Assembly: GCA_025594325.1 (NCBI GenBank)
Contig: JANHCV010000014.1
Location: 372,001 to 436,000 of the forward strand
From: Blastocladiella emersonii ATCC 22665
Lineage: Eukaryota > Fungi > Blastocladiomycota
Direction: 5' to 3'
DNA length: 64,000 nucleotides
The translations under genes and the position numbers were made by a program. This document shows positions 57,147 through 64,000 of the stretch, piece after piece; position 1 is the stretch's first letter; each line of letters begins with the position of its first letter. The notes beneath the pieces are model-generated. The model was given only the letters and a program-made list of their open reading frames with translations. It did no database searches and was not told the DNA's origin.

Positions 57147-57563
57147 TCAACGTACGCAAGAGAACACAAACTGCTGCCCCAATCCGTTGAAAAAGACCTG
57201 AACCCGCTTGTCGACCTCGCACTTGGGCAGCGGCAAGTCGGACCGGCGCCACCAGTCGAGCGTCGCGTACGAGCTTGCCGCGTCCGTGATCGCGCGGCCC
57301 GTGTACTCGAGCGCGCGGCCGGACCGACGCCACGCGTCCAGCACGTGGAGGCGGCCAGTTGCGCTGGCCTCGTCCATGGAGATTGAGAGCAGGTGCTGCT
57401 GAATGGCGCGGTGAACGCACGGCGCGCGGCCGCGAACGAGGACGCGGGTGTACTGCCGCATCGCGTCGACCTCGTTGGGGTCGTGCAGCCTCACCGCGAA
57501 GTAGAGAGCACGGTCGATGAGCGAGTCGGGTATTTCAGCAAGTCTCGATTCCATGTGTTCCAT
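57147..57563 (-). CDS. Short or truncated ankyrin-like repeat protein (ASxxG...WW family)
   Basis: MDEASATGRLHVLDAWRRSG...LEY...AITDAASSYATLDWWRRSDL. Confidence 0.6.
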   Translation of the reverse strand: MEHMESRLAEIPDSLIDRALYFAVRLHDPNEVDAMRQYTRVLVRGRAPCVHRAIQQHLLSISMDEASATGRLHVLDAWRRSGRALEYTGRAITDAASSYATLDWWRRSDLPLPKCEVDKRVQVFFNGLGQQFVFSCVR

Positions 57564-57868
57564 GGTTGTTGAGGGGGGAGGGCGGAGGGGTCGGGAGCGA
57601 GCGATGAGAGTCGGGCTGCATGGCCACCTGTCACTCCAATCGCGACGCGTCGCGACGCGTTTTCCTTGCAGTCGATTCGCTAAGCAAACGTTTCGGCGTC
57701 CTGGCCGCTCGTTTCTGTTTCGCAATGGCAATGAGATCATGTCCTTCTGCCTCAAGCCTTAAGCTAAGAGCAGACGATGCGGGACAACGCAGAACGGATT
57801 GGTGATCGGATCAGACACTCGAGGTTTGTCACCTCACAAACACATCAACCACATCAACCACCCACCTC

Positions 57869-59713
57869 TCAACTCTGCCGCGTGATCCGGTTCGACCCGC
57901 TCACGACCTCGAGCACCGCGCCCGAGTCCTCCCTGCCGCCGTTCTGGCGCTTGACGCTCTCAACGAACCGGTACTCGGTGCGGACCTTGTCCTGGGCGAC
58001 CGTGACGAGCATGTACCCGTGGCGCCACAGGTTGACAAACTTGGCGCCCGGGTTGGGCTCGACGAAGGGGTCGCGCGCGAGGCGGCCGAGCGACTCGGAG
58101 TCGCGCACGGGCGACGCCGACGTGACCGACGGACCGACGAACTCGGGCATCACCGCGCCCTTCCCCGTCGCCGGGTCGTACTGCTTGGCGTCCAGGAACA
58201 GGTCCGAGGCCACCGATGCGTGGAGGTCGCCTGTGACACAGCAAGTGTTCGAGATGTTGTTGTTGGCGACAAACTCGAGGACGCGCTGGCGCGCCGCGGG
58301 GTACCCGACCCACGCGTCGTTGAGGATCGGGACCTCGGACCCGAACACCGTGTTCGGAATCGGCGCCATGATGACCTGGTTGCCGAGCACGCGCCATTTC
58401 GCCGTGGACGAGTTGAGCGTGTTGAACAGCCAGCCCCCTTGCTTCTCGCTGATCAAACGGCGCGTCTGCGGGTCGCCCGCGGCCTGCTGGTCGCGGCCCT
58501 CGATGCGCGTGTCAAGCATGATCAGGTCAAACAGCGCGCCGACCCGGAACACACGGTAGATCGAGTACAGCGACGGGTCCGCCGCCGACACGTCGGGCGT
58601 CACAGGGCGAGTCGGCGTGTACTCCCACCACGCGCGCGCCGCGTTCGCCTTGCGCACCGACCACGGGCCCTGCGTCTCCGGGTCGTGGTTCGCCGCACCG
58701 TTCATCCACGCGTTGTCGGCGAACTCGTGGTCGTCGTAGATCTGTTTGCGGGCGCGAGTTTTGCGGTCTCGCGGTTAGAGCCGCTCGATTTCGAACCGCA
58801 GCAGACAAAAAGCGTACCATGATCATCGGCTTGACGCGCGTCATCTCCTGGTAGTCGGGGTCGGTGCGCGTCTGCGCGTGGCGCGTGCGGTAGTCGGACA
58901 GCGACACGATCTCGACGTTCGGCTGCGGGTCGCGGTCGTCGGGCAGGCTACCATCCACACTTGGATAATCTCGCTTGGAGTACTCGTAGATAACGTCGCC
59001 GAGATGCACGACCGCGTCGACCTCCTCATTCCGCGCAATGTTACCGAGCGACGAAAAGTACCCGTGCCAGAACGCCATGCACGAGATGGTCGCGATCGTG
59101 AACTTGGCCGGCACGTCGCCCGCTGCGGGCAGCGTGCGCGTCTGGCCGACGCCCGTCGCGTTGGACCCGTCGGGCGACGCGAACCGGTAGTAGTAGGCCG
59201 TGGCCGGGGACAAGTTCGGCACGTCCAGCTTCACCGTGTAGTCGACGTCGCCCGACGTCGCCGTCGCACCCGCCGCGAGCGGCGACGATAGGTCCGCGGC
59301 GGCCGACACGGTGTAGTTGACGAGCACCGGCGCCGTCACGTTGGTGGATGGCGTCACCTTGGTCCACAGCACGACGCGGTCTGCGCGCGGGTCTGGACGC
59401 GATGATGACGGTGGGTGGCAAGGTCAGCGCGCACTCGCGGTGGCCACGCGCGCGGGAGGGAGAGAAAGGACGTACCGCCAGACGCGACGCCGTGGAGGAA
59501 CGCGAGCGGGACCGCGGCGGGCGGCGCGGGCTGCTGGCGGCGGCGCAGCAGGGCCGCGTACGGGATGCGCGCCGCGTCGCGGCCGCGGAACGGCGAGTGG
59601 TAGACGAGGTTGGCCAGCGACACGGGCGGCGGCGCGGGCGGCGGCGTGGTGGCCGTGGCCACGACCGCGGCGGCGAGCGCGAGGGCCAGGACGAAGGCGC
59701 GTAGGAGATACAT
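57869..59713 (-). CDS. phoD: PhoD-family alkaline phosphatase/phosphodiesterase, secreted (introns 59381-59475, 58742-58817)
   Basis: Signal peptide; FLHGVASG/D, VLWTKV, SCMAF, HLGDVIYEY, YDDHEFADNAW, LDTR, GDLH. Confidence 0.93.
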
Positions 59714-60015
59714 GGTGGTGGTGGTCACAAACCGATGCGGAGCGGAAGACGAAGTCGGAGGCGGCGGCGTCTTTCACGGGTTGCGGTTCGAGGAAGGCGA
59801 CCATCGACGAAGTCCATAGAAGGTGGTCATCATCAATTGAGATGCGGGTGAGACAAGCTTCGGTTGACCGCTCACGATGACGAACGAGTGATAGAGAACC
59901 GCGCAGGCGAGCGCGTTGATTGATTAAATACTACTACGACAACTTAGTCTTCCCACTTCTTCATCTAGTCTCCGCGGAACGGACGCGTTCCTCGCGGTGT
60001 CGTCTTGCCGCCGAC

Positions 60016-61151
60016 CTACTGCTTGGGCGCGGGCGCGACCGTCGCGTCGTTATCGCTCGTCTTGAACGTCTTGACGGCGTCGGCCTCACTCGGGTGGTCG
60101 ATGGGTGCGCGCCACTGGAGCTGGTCGACGTGCGGGGCGGACCGCAGGCTCTCGCGCTTGTCGCGGACGCAGTCGGCGAAGAAGTGGTTCGAGTCGCGGT
60201 GGACGGCCTCGTCGGCGCGGACGGCGAGGACGACCTCGCGCAGGCGCGCGTCCTTGGGCAGGTTCCAGTACTCGATGGCGATCTCCGGGGCTGGGATGTT
60301 GTCGATGCGGCCGGCGTCGATCTCGCGCAGGAACGACGTGTAGCTGATGACGGCTTCCTCCTCGAGGTACCCGACGACACGGTGCGCCGTGCGCGGCGAG
60401 ACCAGGTACAGGAGGAAGAAGGCGTTGAAGAAGACGCCCTGGACGGTGGTCACCAGCATGCGCTCGAGAATGTTGGGCTGCGACAGCTTCATGAACGTCA
60501 TGAGGTGCATGCGCTCGTTCTCGGCCTCGTGCAGCAGGTGCGAGATCCAGCCGCCGTCGTGCTCGAGCTTGCGCAGCGAGCGCAGGTGCCGGATCATGCC
60601 GCCGACCATGCCGGGAACGCCGGCGACCGTCTCTGTGGGAGGGTGGCGCGGGTGAGTTGGTGCTCGTGGCGCGGAAGCGAGAGGGAGAAGCGTACCGAGA
60701 AGCACAGCGCGATGAATGTACTTTTTGCGGAAGAACAGGTCTACGAGTCACGCGAGTCACGGTCAGCGATGACCCTCAGCAACAGCCATCCTACGACAAA
60801 CGTACCAGCGGGAATGCGCATCGACTTGACGACGCGCAGGGCGACCGCGTCGCGCCAGTCCTCGGGGGTGCGGTGCACGTCGAGGCCGACGTCCATGGCC
60901 TCGAGCTGGGCGGGCGTCACGGGGCGCAGGAACTCGTCGCGCATGGGCTGCGGGTGGATCTCGGGGAGACGGTGCGGCGGCGGCGGCGACGCGCGCAGCG
61001 GGGACGTGTGGAAGAAGGCGGTCGCGGCCGGGGTGCGGCGGAAGGCCATTGCAGCGACCAGCATCGGCCGCGCGGTGGCCGCCGAGTGCGCGCGCAGGCC
61101 GACGCGGGCGGCGCGCACGGGGCACGACTTGAGGGTGGATGTGAGCATCAT
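60016..61151 (-). CDS. AOX: Mitochondrial alternative oxidase (introns 60741-60805, 60633-60695)
   Basis: Presequence-like N-terminus; [43 protein letters not shown]. Confidence 0.97.
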
Positions 61152-61222
61152 GGTGGGGTGGGTTGGTTGGATCGTGGGTGTGGATGAGGAGAGGGAGACG
61201 AGTGCGCGAGAGGAGCGCGCGC

Positions 61223-61228
61223 TTTATA
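61223..61228 (-). promoter_or_regulatory. TATA box of AOX
   Basis: TATAAA on the minus strand about 70 nt upstream of the ATG. Confidence 0.55.
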
Positions 61229-62029
61229 CCCAGCGGCACCGCCCTCGGTTACTCATTCACCCCGTGGACGGGCGGAGGCAGCCGGGGGACGCTTCCTCGC
61301 GGGCCGTGCGCGGGGCATCAACAATCGCGCGGGCGGGAAAAGCAGGGAGGGTGGGCAGGGAGTCGGCGGGCGCCCGGGCCCCGCCGACGCGTTGTTGATG
61401 CCTCGCACGGGACGCGTTCGCCAAGCCACGCTGCGAGACACCGGCCGGGATGCAGGACCCGTGCGGGCTGAAACGCGACGCGGCCCGCATTTGGATCGCC
61501 GCCTGTCAACAATGAGAACCCGCTGCCTCGGGAGCACCTCGAAACTGAAGTGCGGAACTCTCTGCTTGTCAACAAGCGGCCGTGGACAGCGATGCCGTCG
61601 GCTCGCCGACATGCTGGGCCTCCCGGCCGTGCCCGACTGTCGGTCAACAACGCTATCGCCACGGCCTCTACGGTTGGGCGGGCTCGGAAGGCGGGTCAAC
61701 CATCGTCGCTGCTGGTGCTGCTTAGCTCGCGCGCAACGGTGTGAAGCCGACGGGACGCCGCGAGCACGGCGATGCGAGGCCGGGGCAGGCCGGGTTGAGA
61801 AGCGCACCGTCGCGGTCGAGCCCGCTATCAGCGTGGGCGCCGAGAGGAGAGATCAACCAACAGCGGCCGCCCGTGCGGTCAACACCTCGGCGTGCTGCGC
61901 CACCGCGTGAGGGCCGCATCGGGCGGCCTGCCACGCCTGTCGCCCTGCCAAAAGTCGCGCCGCTCACCCGCGTCATCGCCGCCGCTCTCGCCTCGCGCTC
62001 CCGCTCTCTCCTCCCTCGTACCAGCAACC

Positions 62030-64000
62030 ATGGAACACCCGAAAGACCACCCGCAACCGGCCACTGGCCCCGGCTACCGCGTGCTCGCCGACCACGACGC
62101 GATCCGGCGGCCCGAGCTCGACCGGTGCCAGTACCGGCGCATCGCCCTCGCCGCCAACGGGCTCGAGGTGCTGCTCGTGTCGGACCCGGCCGGCGAGATG
62201 GCGGCCGCCGCGCTCGACGTGAACGTCGGCCACTACCAGGACCCGGCCGACCTGCCGGGGCTCGCGCACTTTCTCGAGCACCTGCTGTTCCTTGGGACCG
62301 AAAAGTACCCCAAGGAGAACAGCTACGCCGAGTACCTGGCGGCGCATGGCGGGTCGTCCAACGCGTACACGGGCAACTCCAACACCAACTACTACTTCGA
62401 GTGCCAGGCGGCGCACCTCGAGGGCGCGCTCGACCGGTTCGCGCAGTTCTTCATCGCCCCGCTCTTCACGCCCTCGTGCACCGACCGCGAGCTCAACGCC
62501 GTCGACTCGGAGCACTCCAAGAACCGCCTCAGCGACATGTGGCGCGTGCACCAGCTGCACGCCACCGTGTGCGGCGCCGGGTCGCACCCGTACGCCAAGT
62601 TTGGCACGGGCAATCGCGAGACCCTCGGCACGCTGCCCGCGGCGCGCGGCGTCGACGCCCGCGACGAGCTCATCCAGTTCCACGCCCGGTACTACTCGGC
62701 CAACATCATGCGCCTCGTCATCACGGGCCGCGAGCCGCTCGACGTCCTCGCCCAGTGGGCCGTCGAATACTTCTCGCCCATCGCCAACCGCAGCGTGCCC
62801 GTGCCCGGCGACGCGATCCGCGACCACCCGTGGGCCGTCTCCCCCACCCCAACCCCGCGCTCGATCATCCGCATGAAGACCGTCAAGGACAGCAAGGCGC
62901 TCGTCCTCCGCTGGGCCTTCCCGCCCACTGAGATGCACTGGCGCGCCAACCCCGCGTCGTACCTGTCGCACCTCATCGGCCACGAGGGCCACGGGTCGAT
63001 TCTGTCGGAGCTCAAGCAGCGCGGCTGGGTGACCTCGCTGTCGGCCGGCCCGCAGTTCTCGGGGCTACACTTTGATTTCTTCAAGGTGTCGATGCAGCTG
63101 ACCGATGCGGGGCTCGCGCACGTCGACGACATCCTCCTCGCCGTGTTCCAGTACCTCGCGCGCCTGCGGAGCTACCTGCCCGACCTCCCGAAATGGATCT
63201 TCGACGAGATCAAGGCCATGGCCGACCTGACGTTCCGGTTCCAGGAAATGGCGCGGGCCTCGTCGCGCGCGTCGTGGCTCGCCCGGTGCATGCACGAGCC
63301 GTACACGCCCGAGTGGACGCTCGGCGGGTCCGCCGTGTTCCTCGAGTGGCGCCCCGACCTCATCGCCGCGTGTCTCGCCGCCCTGACGACGGACGTCGAG
63401 GTGACCCTGACCGCGCCCGCGTTCCCGGACAACCCGGACCTCGACCAGCGCGACCCGTGGTACGGCACCGAGTACCGCGTCGACGCGCTCCCCGCGCCGC
63501 TGCTCACGCAGCTCGCGGAGTGCGCGCCGCACCCGGCGCTGACGCTGCCCGAGCCCAACCCGTTCATCCCGACACGCGAGCTGACCGTTGAGCGGCACGA
63601 CCGCATGCAGGCGGTCCCACGCGTCGCGCGGGCGTCGCAGCACGCGCGGCACTGGGTCCAGCTCGACGACGAGTTCTGGGTGCCGCGCGCGTCGCTGCTA
63701 GTGCGGTTCAAGAACCCCGTGACGCGGACCTCGCCGCGCGCGGGCGTGATGACGGAGCTGCTCGCCGACTACATCCTCGACGAGCTGCTCGAGTTCGGGT
63801 ACGCGGCGTCGCTCGCGGGGCTGCAGTACTCGGTCACGACGTCCGGCGCGAACGGGCTCGCCCTGTTCATCTCCGGGTTCTGGGACAAGATGCCCGTCCT
63901 GCTCGACCGGATCCTCGTCGCGTGGGTCGACCACGCGCGGCTCGACGACCCGACGTTTGACCGCCTTCACCGCGACCGCATCCGCAAGTACAACAACATG
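62030..64000 (+). CDS. STE23: Insulysin/Ste23-like M16A metallopeptidase, 3'-incomplete (runs off window; absent from the ORF track)
   Basis: Read by hand from ATG 62030: NGLEVLLVSDP, AAALDVNVG, PGLAHFLEHLLFLGTEKYPKEN (HxxEH), RELNAVDSEH, LIGHEGHGS. Confidence 0.93.
   Translation, partial: MEHPKDHPQPATGPGYRVLADHDAIRRPELDRCQYRRIALAANGLEVLLVSDPAGEMAAAALDVNVGHYQDPADLPGLAHFLEHLLFLGTEKYPKENSYAEYLAAHGGSSNAYTGNSNTNYYFECQAAHLEGALDRFAQFFIAPLFTPSCTDRELNAVDSEHSKNRLSDMWRVHQLHATVCGAGSHPYAKFGTGNRETLGTLPAARGVDARDELIQFHARYYSANIMRLVITGREPLDVLAQWAVEYFSPIANRSVPVPGDAIRDHPWAVSPTPTPRSIIRMKTVKDSKALVLRWAFPPTEMHWRANPASYLSHLIGHEGHGSILSELKQRGWVTSLSAGPQFSGLHFDFFKVSMQLTDAGLAHVDDILLAVFQYLARLRSYLPDLPKWIFDEIKAMADLTFRFQEMARASSRASWLARCMHEPYTPEWTLGGSAVFLEWRPDLIAACLAALTTDVEVTLTAPAFPDNPDLDQRDPWYGTEYRVDALPAPLLTQLAECAPHPALTLPEPNPFIPTRELTVERHDRMQAVPRVARASQHARHWVQLDDEFWVPRASLLVRFKNPVTRTSPRAGVMTELLADYILDELLEFGYAASLAGLQYSVTTSGANGLALFISGFWDKMPVLLDRILVAWVDHARLDDPTFDRLHRDRIRKYNNM

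Noticed and set aside
57869-59713. PhoD as a recent bacterial horizontal transfer
   Set aside because: It has two spliceosomal introns and host-like codon usage, and PhoD-family genes are widespread in fungi; nothing here indicates recent transfer.

Overview
This is a GC-rich eukaryotic window with short GT-AG introns (GTACGT/GTATGT donors, CT(R)AC-type branch sites). It is most consistent with a zoosporic fungus, probably Blastocladiomycota. That assignment is inferred from the alpha-aminoadipate LYS1, a CPA1 with a fungal attenuator uORF, an OPT transporter, a CatSper auxiliary-subunit-like gene and a TmcB-like gene. No prokaryotic systems, CRISPR arrays, rRNA or tRNA were seen. Accessory block 1 (1-22 kb) holds a P-superfamily-like transposase, a 5.6-kb chromodomain Ty3/Gypsy LTR element (216-bp LTRs, AAGTC target-site duplication) and a 1.93-kb CMC/CACTA-like TIR element (AGG target-site duplication). 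It also holds five LURP-one/Tubby-C paralogues, four copies of a lineage-specific F-box-like family, a Cys-rich repeat protein and an ankyrin-like gene. The core block (22.7-52.7 kb) contains OPT, CPA1 with its uORF, KRS1, UBX5-like, LYS1, a GDSL lipase, CATSPERE-like, RPL36, a hypothetical gene, RBBP4/MSI1, TmcB-like and a PH-domain gene. Accessory block 2 (53-57.6 kb) has F-box-like, LRR and ankyrin-like genes and pseudogenes, followed by PhoD, AOX and an insulysin that runs off the window. The best leads are an arginine attenuator peptide uORF upstream of CPA1, a CatSper-epsilon-like gene, a P-like transposase, a CpG-specific mutation signature on the retroelement, and a possible F-box::LURP chimeric ORF. 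All homology calls are by eye from remembered motifs; no searches were run.
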